A stretch of 64,000 nt of DNA from a virus. Below are positions 17,038 to 26,328 of the stretch, one piece after another (the stretch's first letter is position 1; the number at the start of each line of letters is the position of its first letter). Both the position numbers and the translations under genes were made by a program. The notes below the pieces were generated by a model, which made no database searches, had not been told where the DNA came from, and saw only the letters and a list, made by a program, of their open reading frames with translations. The stretch spans positions 37,301-101,300 of IMG/VR virus record IMGVR_UViG_3300037245_002163; one strand, given 5' to 3'.

Positions 17038-17262
17038 GTGGTGAAGACCCCCGCCATCGAAATCGATATCGACAAGGTGCTCTCCAAGAGTGAGAGCGCC
17101 TTTCGCGTTATGACGCAAGGCAAGGTGGTGTGGCTCCCGAAGAGCCAGCTCGAAGCGTTGAACATCGAAGCGTTGAACGAGGCGCACGGCAACCGCACGA
17201 CGCTTTGCTGTTTGCAGATCCCGAAGTGGCTTGCTGACAAGATGCAGCTCAAAGGGATCTAG
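17038..17262 (+). CDS. hypothetical protein
   Basis: SESAFRV...VWLPKSQ...IPKWLA motif common in phage small proteins. Confidence 0.65.
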   Translation: MVKTPAIEIDIDKVLSKSESAFRVMTQGKVVWLPKSQLEALNIEALNEAHGNRTTLCCLQIPKWLADKMQLKGI

Positions 17263-18848
17263 GTGCCGAATGCGGCGTCTTCTTCGTCTTCGCCAAGCAT
17301 GACGCTTTCCCAATCGCCTTCACCCTCTTGATCGTCTTCGTCGCCATCGTCTTCGTCGCCGAACGCAAACGAAAAGCCACCGGCCTTGGCCGCTTCGTTC
17401 GCAAACCACCACGCCATTACGAGATCGTCGTGCGCCCCGATGCCTTGTAGCTTGCCTTCGATGTAGCCGAACATGCTCATTTCTTCGATCCAGAGATCCG
17501 TTTGCTGCCGGCTGTACGCGTCGCCGCGGGGGATGATGACCTTCTGGTTCTCTAGTAGGATGCGGAGCCCCGGAACGCCGCGGTCGAGCGGGTACTTGTT
17601 CGTCGCGAGCGTGACAAACTCTTTGACGGGGAGATCGGTCAAGCGCCGCATTTCGTCCGTGTAAATCTGTTGCATCGCATTCGACTCGATGAAGATCAGA
17701 CCAGGGTCGTACGCCAGTGCGTCGCGCGTGATTTGCTCTAGCTGTTGGTTGAACGGCAAGCCTTTGGTGCGGTTGATCTCGACGGGGATCACATTGCCTT
17801 GGCGATCCTTGGCGATGGTGTAGACAACGAAGTAGTCGGCGCCGACGTTGGCACTGCGCGCGATATCGACGCCCATGTACGTTTGCCAGCCGCGTTGCTT
17901 GATCTCCGCAAGCGAGGGGCGCAACTTGAGCACGGGGTCGAAGAGCGGTGGGAACAAGTGTGTTGGAAAGATGCTCAGCTCATCGCTGATCGGTTCGCAT
18001 AGAATCTCGCGTGTGAAGCTGACGGTGCCGATCTCTTCGCGCTTGTCATAGAGCCGTTTCAGCGTCCATCGCCAAGGGAACAGCGCGCGCTCGTCGCCGG
18101 TATCCTTGTCGCGGATAATGCCGGGGTACTTTTTGAACACGTATTGCGTATTGTGCCGAAGGAACCCCCATAGGTCGGCGGCGTGGTACGGCGTCCCGAC
18201 GCACACGAGCTGGCCTTCGGGCGTGAGCATGTTTGTGATCGCGCTCTTGAAGTATTCGATGTTCTTTTTGCGGACGGTTTCGCTCCACATATCCTCATCG
18301 TTTAGAACGTCGTCAGCGATGATGTACTTGGGGTGACGACCGCGCACCTTTTTGCCGTAGCCGATGGCCCGGATGCGCGAGCCGTTGGTAAGCCGCGCGT
18401 CGCTTCTGTTGAGCCGTGTGCGCGTGCCCTTGCCTTCGTTCTGCGGAACCAAGTGTTGCAGCTCAGGGATATCGATCATCCCCCGCAAGTTGTCGCGTCC
18501 ATAGATGATGATATCGAGGAATTCCATCGCACCATCGAGCGTCGCGCTAAACATGTAGACTTCGCATCCGGGCTCCGACCATGCGCGCCAGATCGGGTAC
18601 GCGTACGAAAAGAACGTGCTCTTCGAATGGTCACGTGCGGCGTTGATTGCGATGCGCCGGTTGTCGTGAACCAAGTCGCCCCAATCCATGAGATGCGGCC
18701 CGATCTCTAGCCCCAGAATATCCTTTGCGAACAAGCAAAGATCATTCTTTAGAAGCTCTTGATACAGGGCTTGCCAGTAAGGGTCGTCTTCGGCCCCCTG
18801 CATTTCGAGGATCAGCTCATCGACTTCGGCGGTGCTCAGGCTCGACAC
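17259..18848 (-). CDS. terL: terminase large subunit
   Basis: Walker A AARDHSKS, Walker B YIIADD, VGTP coupling motif, RNase H-like MGVD and HDDLVMA. Confidence 0.93.
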   Translation of the reverse strand: MSSLSTAEVDELILEMQGAEDDPYWQALYQELLKNDLCLFAKDILGLEIGPHLMDWGDLVHDNRRIAINAARDHSKSTFFSYAYPIWRAWSEPGCEVYMFSATLDGAMEFLDIIIYGRDNLRGMIDIPELQHLVPQNEGKGTRTRLNRSDARLTNGSRIRAIGYGKKVRGRHPKYIIADDVLNDEDMWSETVRKKNIEYFKSAITNMLTPEGQLVCVGTPYHAADLWGFLRHNTQYVFKKYPGIIRDKDTGDERALFPWRWTLKRLYDKREEIGTVSFTREILCEPISDELSIFPTHLFPPLFDPVLKLRPSLAEIKQRGWQTYMGVDIARSANVGADYFVVYTIAKDRQGNVIPVEINRTKGLPFNQQLEQITRDALAYDPGLIFIESNAMQQIYTDEMRRLTDLPVKEFVTLATNKYPLDRGVPGLRILLENQKVIIPRGDAYSRQQTDLWIEEMSMFGYIEGKLQGIGAHDDLVMAWWFANEAAKAGGFSFAFGDEDDGDEDDQEGEGDWESVMLGEDEEDAAFGT

Positions 18849-19011
18849 GATCCGTAGTCTTACACGCTTTGTACCGTTCGATCACAGCACGCGGCGGCTC
18901 CGCGGCGCGCAGCGGTAAGTGATCCTTGCCGTACCACCGTTCCATTGGACCGATGCGCAGAAGTGCCGTCCCACTAGGCACGTCTTTGAATACAATCGTG
19001 GCTTTTGCCAT
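18817..19011 (-). CDS. hypothetical protein
   Basis: 64 aa immediately upstream of terL. Confidence 0.4.
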   Translation of the reverse strand: MAKATIVFKDVPSGTALLRIGPMERWYGKDHLPLRAAEPPRAVIERYKACKTTDRVEPEHRRSR

Positions 19012-19306
19012 GAGTATCGTCCCCCTAAGTTGTCAGTTGTTTGCCGGTCTCAGACGCGGGGCTGCTTTTGCCCTACGTGTAACGGACGGGGGCGTTTCGG
19101 TGGTTTCTTTTCGTAGGCGTCACACGGGAACCGCGCACCTACGAAGATATTGGACCGCTCCATCCAACAGAGTTTGCAACGTACACGACCGCCATGAGCT
19201 TCCCACCAATGCGATGCGTGATAAGGCTTGTCACTCCAATGAATCCCCACGGCCATCTGTTTAGCCAAACGAAGTGGCCACGTCCAGGGATGACGGCATT
19301 TTCCTG

Positions 19307-19675
19307 TTATGGGCGCTCGCCGCTCGACCCGCCTGTAGGCGTGTAGCGACTGAGCCAACGCTCTTCGACGGGGCGCTGGTGCCGGCGTGCGTGCTTGATC
19401 CCCTCTTGCATGCCGTCCGTGAGCCCGCGGTCCATGTAGACCGCCGTGAGGTCGGAGCGCAGCATGATCTCGCGCGCAGCGAGCATGCCCAGCACGCGGT
19501 GCTCAGGGATCGTGTCGTCCAGCACCCGCGTGTACAGCAAATGACTGGCGAACGGGCTCTCTCCGCGCAGAAGCGAATCGAACAAGCACGCTTCGGCATA
19601 CGCCTCATTATCCTCTACTTCGCCGGAGTACGGCGATTCGATGATCACGATCTTCAAGCGTGGCTCGTCAGACAT
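19307..19675 (-). CDS. DUF4406/nucleoside 2-deoxyribosyltransferase-like protein
   Basis: IIESPYSG..N..YA, ESPFASHLLY, D.G.T.GM motifs. Confidence 0.75.
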   Translation of the reverse strand: MSDEPRLKIVIIESPYSGEVEDNEAYAEACLFDSLLRGESPFASHLLYTRVLDDTIPEHRVLGMLAAREIMLRSDLTAVYMDRGLTDGMQEGIKHARRHQRPVEERWLSRYTPTGGSSGERP

Positions 19676-20040
19676 TCCACACGCCGTTCCATGATGTGAT
19701 CTTCGGGGTAGGACTGGACGAGCGCGTAGCTTGTGACTCGCCGGCACGATGGCGAGCACGCGTACAGCTCATACTTCGGATTGCTCTCCGCCCAAAGCGC
19801 GCGCCAGTGCGATGGGATATCTGGTGTACCGTCGTTGTCGGTCGCGGGCTCTTCGGTTTTGCACGCGGCGCACTGCACATAGATCAGGGGCACTCCGCTA
19901 TCGTGCCTCAGCTCAGGGGCGCGGGTCCAGTTTGGCGCCAGAGGATAATGAGCCTTCACCGTTGCGTTGGCGTACCCTTGCGGGCAGCATTGTGACGCGC
20001 GCACAACCCAACGGGCGCTAAAAGAGGGAAGGTCTATCCG

Positions 20041-20451
20041 ATGGCAAGAGACAATTACGCACAATCGCAAATTCCGACTTCGCAGGATTCAGTTCCGTAC
20101 GCGGATCACCGGGAGATCGCGCAAGGGCTTGGCCGGCACATGACGGATTCGTTTGTGGGCGAAGTTGTCGGCGCTGGCGGCGCAGGCGGGAGCCTCACGG
20201 GCATCCCATTCGATCCGGCTGTTATCTATCTGAGCGAGGCCACTGGTCCCGCATTGCAGCTCCAGCTTCCGGGCTCGGCTGCAAAGGTGGATCTCAACAT
20301 GATCACGGGTGCCGCGGCAGGAACCGCGATCCCCGATGCAACCCAAGAGGTAGATGGCACCTGGACCATCGCTCTTCCGACCGCGCTCGCGCCCGATGGC
20401 GATACCGTGTCGGCGTGGTGCTTGGGCTTTAGCTCAAACAACAGTCTCTAA
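20041..20451 (+). CDS. hypothetical, probably virion protein
   Basis: 136 aa, G/A/T-rich; first gene of the plus-strand head block. Confidence 0.6.
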   Translation: MARDNYAQSQIPTSQDSVPYADHREIAQGLGRHMTDSFVGEVVGAGGAGGSLTGIPFDPAVIYLSEATGPALQLQLPGSAAKVDLNMITGAAAGTAIPDATQEVDGTWTIALPTALAPDGDTVSAWCLGFSSNNSL

Positions 20452-20541
20452 TCGGGGGATCGTCCGTACGCGTGCTTCGCAAATCAGATTCGGGGGAATC
20501 CGAGGCGCATGAATGAAGCCGCGTACGGGCGGTGATTTTTC

Positions 20542-23500
20542 GTGGCCTTTCGCAAAGCAGAACGCTCGCGTTGGCACACCAACGCTTCGTCGGGCTTCCC
20601 GACGATGGCCCCCACGAACAAGATTCGTGCGCGCCTTGCTGCGGGCAAGGGGGGACTTTTAGACCCCCAACTTGTCGCGAACCGCATCTTTCGGCAGAAC
20701 ATGACCACGGAGGATGCTCCGCTGCCCCGGCATATCGTCACCCTAGAAGACGTGACCGCCGGCTTGGGGCTCGACTCCGCCGATGAGCAAGCGGTCCAGC
20801 GGCTCATCGTTGATACCAACGCGCACTTCGACCAGACCCAGCAAACGCAACGCATCGCGCTCGCTCGCGAACGCTTTGTGACCACGCTGCGGGCCATGCC
20901 GTATATCAGTTCCGACATTCGCATGGAGCTAACCAAGCGCGTGATCGCGTACTGGCGCCGAACCGTGCAAACCGACTACGGCAAGGTGCCCACGATCCGG
21001 TCGATCGCGGTCAAGAGCGAGCCCACGCTAGTGATCGGCGCGGAATTGCGCAAAGCAGGGGCCTACGTCGGGCCTAGGGGCGGCAAATGGGCCGATGCGA
21101 AGCACACTATACCTTGGAAAGACCCCGTTTTAGAGCGCAAACGGAGCCTGTTGACGCAAGTCGAGGGCGGTCTCACGGCTGCCACCCGCTCAGCGAGCCG
21201 ATCGCTCGACTCACGGGACGATGATGCCATGCGCGCGGCCGGTCACGACGTGCGCATGGTCCGTGAACGCTTGGCGCGGGTCGCTGGGGAGCATGAGATC
21301 CACGCCAAGAGCCCCGGCACGCTCGGAAAGCAGTACCGGACGCTCGACAAGCGGCTCAAAGGGCTTGAAGCGGAGCTGCGGGGCACGCCATCGAAGGAAA
21401 TGGAAGCCGCGGCAACGAAGACGATCCGTTCGGAGCTGACGGCCGACTCACGGGACGAGCAATACCGCACGCAAGACACTGATTTCATTCGCGGCGATGG
21501 GTCCGTGGACGAAGCGGCGCTCTTCCAAGAGGCCGGCATGGCACTTCGGGGCCTTCGGTTGCTCCCAGAGCGCGCGAACCTTACGTGGCTCCGCAAGCTC
21601 GTCAAAAAAGAAGCCGCGTTGCATGAGCGCAAGGTTACCAAGCCGCTCCACCGGCAGCCCAAAAAGAAAAGCTCTGCAAAGCGCGGCTCCGTAGAATGGC
21701 TACTCGCGCAATCGCCTGTAAGCCCCGATCAAGCCAAAGCGCAGCTTGCTAAGTTCGCGCAAGGACAAGAGGCCGATGCGTGGGTCACGCAAAACGGCTT
21801 TCATGTTCGCGTAGGGAGTAAAACCAGTCGTTCGGAAGCGAGCTTTGAACGCGCTATCGGGCAACTCCAAAGTCGCTTGCGCAAGGCCGACAAGATCCCA
21901 GGCGGTCTCGCCGACAAAAAGAAGCCTTCCGACTTCGATTCTAAGAAGCTCGCCGCGGGCGTCAAAGTTGAGATGGAACACACGAGCGATCGTGCCATCG
22001 CGACTGAGATCGCCATGGATCACTTGACCGAAGACCTGGACTACTACGAAAAGCTCGCGACCATCGAGAAGGCGGAGCAGTTCGGGCTCGACTTCACGGG
22101 CGACACGACTCCCAAAGAGGGGCCGCCGGCCGGCTACGCGGCGATTCCCAGCGGCAAGCACGGGGGATACCGCAAACGCGTCGGCGGGAAGTGGCAGTAT
22201 TGGTATCCCGATGGCGCCAAGCCGAAGAGCAAGGGGCGCAAAAAGAAGCGTGCGAAGCGTGAGAACGTGTGGGGACCGTTGTCGCATGAGGCGGTCAATC
22301 AGTGGCGCAAAGACTTCCGCCAAGCCAGCAAGATCCAGAAGCAGATCATGGATGAGGCCGAAACGATCTTCCGGCCGCAGTGGGATGCGTACAACGCGGT
22401 TGAACCATCGAAGCGCGGCTTCTTTGAAGCCGAAGTGCCCGAAGAGTTTGCGGAGCGTTTCTACGAAGCCAAGACCGTCGTGGAAAACATAGGGATGCAG
22501 TTGCGCGGGTGGGCGGCGAGCCACGTGCTTGGGCTAGAGGGCAGAGCCCTACTGACGAAGCCGGAGGATATTCCTGAGATCGGCCGGCGCGACATAGCTA
22601 CCAAGCTGAAAGACTTGCACTTTTCAGGGGGCTTCCCCGAAGCGATGAGCCACAAAGAGAGCGTGACGTACGCGCCCGGTATCGAGATGGGGGAGTACGC
22701 CGCGACAAGTTGGAAGCAGACTCAGCGGCGCGTGCGGGGCTTGCTGAATGCGGTCGACACGTTCATTTCAGATACCCACGCGGGGCAGACAAGTCGCACC
22801 CCGGTCGGGACGTTCAATAAGCAGGGCATTCAGTTCGCCGTACACGGGGAAGGCTTCGAAGGCACGGCCGCGGGGGATGCGGAGATCGCGGGCGTGGTCG
22901 AGACGGCACTCCGGGTCAAAACGAAGCTCGACAAGATGGGGCTCGGCAAGACCATGGACGGGCTGCGCGTGCACGTGCACAACGAAACGCGGCGCTCCGC
23001 CGAAGGGCATGAGCACCAAGGGCGCGAAAACTTCACGACGGCCGGCTATTACAACGTGCAGGACGACCATGTGCGGCTGTTCAACAGCGGGCACACGCAA
23101 CGCGTGGTCACGCATGAGCTAGGGCACCGCGTGTACTACCAGCTCATGGGCAGCAAGGCGCGTGCGGAATGGGCCAACTTCTACGAAAGCCGGCGTGAGA
23201 AGATCACGAATGACGACGTAGAAGAGCTGGCCGACTTGCTCGAAGAAAACTCCGTAGGGCGCCCCAGAGTCAACGTACTCCAGAACCTCAAAGAGCTTGA
23301 AAAGCGGGGCACGCCCGAAGCGAAGCGTCAGAAGTTCCTACTCCAACAGCTAAAGCTCGGCAGCGACAAGCTCGATAAGTGGGGGAACGTGCCGCACTAC
23401 GGGCAGACCGCGGAGCAAATGGGGGAGTCGTTTCGGCAAGCGGTCAAGGCCGGGACCGTCAACGCATCGATCCCCGATGAGTTCGTGACGCAGTATGCGG

Positions 23501-26328
23501 AGACCGACAACGGCGAGTTGTTCGCCGAAGCCTTTGACCACTACGTGCGCAAGGGGCCAAGCTCGTTGAAACCCCGCGTCCGTGATCAGCTTGAACGCGC
23601 GCTGCGGTCGACGGGTATGAAGCTCCAGAAGTCAGAGGATAATGAGCCCATCCTTGTGACCACGCTGAGCAAAGCGGAGCAAGCCGCGCGCGGGGGCAAG
23701 TACATCAAGCGAGTGCCGTACTACGTGAACGGCAAGCGCAAGTTTCGCTACTACTACCGGGAGAGCGCAGCGGCCCGTGACGTGACCGTGGGCGAGACCG
23801 TGAAGCTCGGCAAGCGTGTCGCCGAAGTGCTCGGGATCGACAAAGACGGGAAGATCACGATCCGTGAGGGCAAGCGCAAGCGCACCGTGACCGCCGACCA
23901 GTGGTCGAAGCTCATGGCCAAGCACTACGGGGATCGGTACTTCGAATGGGCGGAGAAGCGGGCTTCGCAGACCGTGAACGCCGTGCTCCGCCACGTGCCC
24001 CGTGAGATGCTGGCTGACTTGAAGGGCTCCGATGCGGAGCGCATGGCGCAGCTCGAAAAGCGGGTGCCCGAAGTCTACGCCAAGCTCCGCGCGAGCTTTC
24101 AGCGTTCCGGGGTGAGCCCGTTCGAAGCGAAGCGCGTGCTTGGCACCGTCCTAGAGCGCAAGGGCTGGGAGCCCGAAGCTCGCGCGGCGGTCATTGGGAA
24201 CGTCATAGAGCACCGGAACATGGCCTACCGCCAGACCATTCAGGGGGCGGAGAACCTAGCCGGCGGCGGCAAGGTCAAGGCGGGTCACGTCCAGGCGATG
24301 GCCGATATCCTCGCTCCGCCCGACAAGTCGCTCAAAGCCGAAGTTGACGACTTGGCAAGTAAGGCTGAAACGGAGCTGGCGGCGCTCAGCGCGGCACTGG
24401 CCAAAGCGCGGGACGGCAGCCCCGAAGATGCGGCAAAAGCCCTAGAGGAAGCTCTCAATAGCCCCGCGATGGCGCGGCTCGCGCTCGTCGCTCAGGCGAT
24501 GCCAGGGCTCAAAGACAAGGCCATCGAGCCGACCCGCGATGCGCTGGCCCAAGTGCAAGCGGTCATTCCGCGCTCTCAGCCGACGCGTGAGGGCGCTTCG
24601 GCCGTGGTGTACGTAGCGGGTGAGAACGGCGCTCCGCGGGCTCTCAAAGCCCGCTACAAGCTCGTAGAAGCCTCTGAGGCCATCGCGTCGCACGACCCCA
24701 ACTCGTTCAAGCAACGGGAGGGGTATCCCGAAGGGGTGCAAGAGCGCGCCTACCATCGGGATCGGGACGAGCAAGCCAAGGTCATGCGGAATGCGAACAA
24801 GCTAAATCCCGCGTTCCTGGTCAATACGAACCCCGATGCGGTCAACGGGCCGCCCATTCTGGACCAGAACGGCGTGGTGCTGGGGGGCAACTCGCGCACC
24901 ATGAGCATGCAACTCGCCTACGAGAAGCATCCCGATCGGGCCAAAGAGCTTCGGGCCTACATGGCAGCCCACGCCCATGAGACCGGGTTCACCCCCGAAG
25001 ACGTGAAGGCGCTGAAAAACCCCGTGCTTGTGCGCGTGGTCGAGACCACGGGCACGGATGACCAGAAGCTCCTAGTGCGGCAAATGAACGAGTCGTTCAC
25101 TCAGGGGATGGACCCGCGAACGATGCAGGTGGCCATGGGCCGCAAGCTGGACGATGCAGCGGTCAAGCAACTTGGCGATTCGATGGAAGCCGACGAGACC
25201 TTGAACGCGTTTCTTGATTCGAAGCGGGCCGAAGGGTTCATCAACGCGCTCACCCGCGTTGGCGTGATCGACCAGCGCAACTCGAATCAGTACATGGTCA
25301 AGGGCACCAAACGGTTGAACGAAGACGGCAAGCAACTGGTCGAGCGCGTGCTTGTCGGGCGCACGGTCGGCGACGCTGACTTGCTCAGCAATACGACCGC
25401 CAAGATCGTCGGGAATATCGCCCGCAGCGTGCCGTTCATGGCGCAAGCCAAGGCGCACGGTGCCACGTATGACCTAGGGGATGATCTCAAAGTCGCACTC
25501 GATCAGTTCAACGATCTGAGCTTCCGGGCTCGGCAAGGGCACCGGGCAGCTCTGAATGCCGACATGAGCGACAAAGAGTTCAAGGGGCTCTTCGCGCAGA
25601 CTGAGATGTTCGGGGAGCGAAACCCCATTCTCGACAACCCCCGCGCCATGACCTTGCTTGAAGTGCTCATCCGCAAGAATGGCCCCCAAAAGATGAGCGC
25701 CGTCTTCCGTGACTACGCTGCGCTCGCTGCCCAGCACCCCGAAGATCAAGACAGCATGTTCGGCGACAAGCCATCGCCCGAAGCGTTGCTAGAGCGGGCC
25801 ATGAAGGGCGACGCTAAGAAGAGCATGGAGCCGACCCTGATCGTCAAGCGCGAGCCCACACTGATCGTCAAGGCCCGTTCGATCCTCACACCGAACATTC
25901 AGGTGGGCGAAGCACGGGGCGCGCCGCGCTTCGACACGCCCCCGATGCCCGACTACCAAGGCATCTATTATCCCCCGGAAGACGAAGACGCCCACAAGCG
26001 CGAGCGGGACCATGCGCAGAACCGCCGCCAAGCCGATGCGGAACGCGCGCGGGGCAAATGGGGCTTCCATGGCAAGGTGCTCAGCGCCAAGCCGGCCATC
26101 AAATGGGAGCTGGACCGGGAGGAAAGCGAGCCCGCGTTCAAGCAACCGAAAGACCGGGAAACAGGCAAGCCGCTCCGCGTGAGCCCCAAGCTGAATGCAC
26201 GCACCCGCGAAGAGAAGGGGAAGCCGACCTACGCGGATGCAGACGTAGAGCTAGAGGGTGAGGGCAAGCCGAAATCAAAGCGGAAAAAGAAGAAGAAGCG
26301 AGTTAGGCTCACAGCGAGGAAACGGTAA
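20542..26328 (+). CDS. giant polyvalent protein A (DUF5661-like + zincin + DdrB-like ParB domain)
   Basis: GVKVEMEHT..IAMDHL.E..DYY; AGYY..HELGH..ELFAEAF; YKLVEA..SHD..Q.R.Y..L.P..NGPPI..V.GGNSR. Confidence 0.8.
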   Translation: MAFRKAERSRWHTNASSGFPTMAPTNKIRARLAAGKGGLLDPQLVANRIFRQNMTTEDAPLPRHIVTLEDVTAGLGLDSADEQAVQRLIVDTNAHFDQTQQTQRIALARERFVTTLRAMPYISSDIRMELTKRVIAYWRRTVQTDYGKVPTIRSIAVKSEPTLVIGAELRKAGAYVGPRGGKWADAKHTIPWKDPVLERKRSLLTQVEGGLTAATRSASRSLDSRDDDAMRAAGHDVRMVRERLARVAGEHEIHAKSPGTLGKQYRTLDKRLKGLEAELRGTPSKEMEAAATKTIRSELTADSRDEQYRTQDTDFIRGDGSVDEAALFQEAGMALRGLRLLPERANLTWLRKLVKKEAALHERKVTKPLHRQPKKKSSAKRGSVEWLLAQSPVSPDQAKAQLAKFAQGQEADAWVTQNGFHVRVGSKTSRSEASFERAIGQLQSRLRKADKIPGGLADKKKPSDFDSKKLAAGVKVEMEHTSDRAIATEIAMDHLTEDLDYYEKLATIEKAEQFGLDFTGDTTPKEGPPAGYAAIPSGKHGGYRKRVGGKWQYWYPDGAKPKSKGRKKKRAKRENVWGPLSHEAVNQWRKDFRQASKIQKQIMDEAETIFRPQWDAYNAVEPSKRGFFEAEVPEEFAERFYEAKTVVENIGMQLRGWAASHVLGLEGRALLTKPEDIPEIGRRDIATKLKDLHFSGGFPEAMSHKESVTYAPGIEMGEYAATSWKQTQRRVRGLLNAVDTFISDTHAGQTSRTPVGTFNKQGIQFAVHGEGFEGTAAGDAEIAGVVETALRVKTKLDKMGLGKTMDGLRVHVHNETRRSAEGHEHQGRENFTTAGYYNVQDDHVRLFNSGHTQRVVTHELGHRVYYQLMGSKARAEWANFYESRREKITNDDVEELADLLEENSVGRPRVNVLQNLKELEKRGTPEAKRQKFLLQQLKLGSDKLDKWGNVPHYGQTAEQMGESFRQAVKAGTVNASIPDEFVTQYAETDNGELFAEAFDHYVRKGPSSLKPRVRDQLERALRSTGMKLQKSEDNEPILVTTLSKAEQAARGGKYIKRVPYYVNGKRKFRYYYRESAAARDVTVGETVKLGKRVAEVLGIDKDGKITIREGKRKRTVTADQWSKLMAKHYGDRYFEWAEKRASQTVNAVLRHVPREMLADLKGSDAERMAQLEKRVPEVYAKLRASFQRSGVSPFEAKRVLGTVLERKGWEPEARAAVIGNVIEHRNMAYRQTIQGAENLAGGGKVKAGHVQAMADILAPPDKSLKAEVDDLASKAETELAALSAALAKARDGSPEDAAKALEEALNSPAMARLALVAQAMPGLKDKAIEPTRDALAQVQAVIPRSQPTREGASAVVYVAGENGAPRALKARYKLVEASEAIASHDPNSFKQREGYPEGVQERAYHRDRDEQAKVMRNANKLNPAFLVNTNPDAVNGPPILDQNGVVLGGNSRTMSMQLAYEKHPDRAKELRAYMAAHAHETGFTPEDVKALKNPVLVRVVETTGTDDQKLLVRQMNESFTQGMDPRTMQVAMGRKLDDAAVKQLGDSMEADETLNAFLDSKRAEGFINALTRVGVIDQRNSNQYMVKGTKRLNEDGKQLVERVLVGRTVGDADLLSNTTAKIVGNIARSVPFMAQAKAHGATYDLGDDLKVALDQFNDLSFRARQGHRAALNADMSDKEFKGLFAQTEMFGERNPILDNPRAMTLLEVLIRKNGPQKMSAVFRDYAALAAQHPEDQDSMFGDKPSPEALLERAMKGDAKKSMEPTLIVKREPTLIVKARSILTPNIQVGEARGAPRFDTPPMPDYQGIYYPPEDEDAHKRERDHAQNRRQADAERARGKWGFHGKVLSAKPAIKWELDREESEPAFKQPKDRETGKPLRVSPKLNARTREEKGKPTYADADVELEGEGKPKSKRKKKKKRVRLTARKR

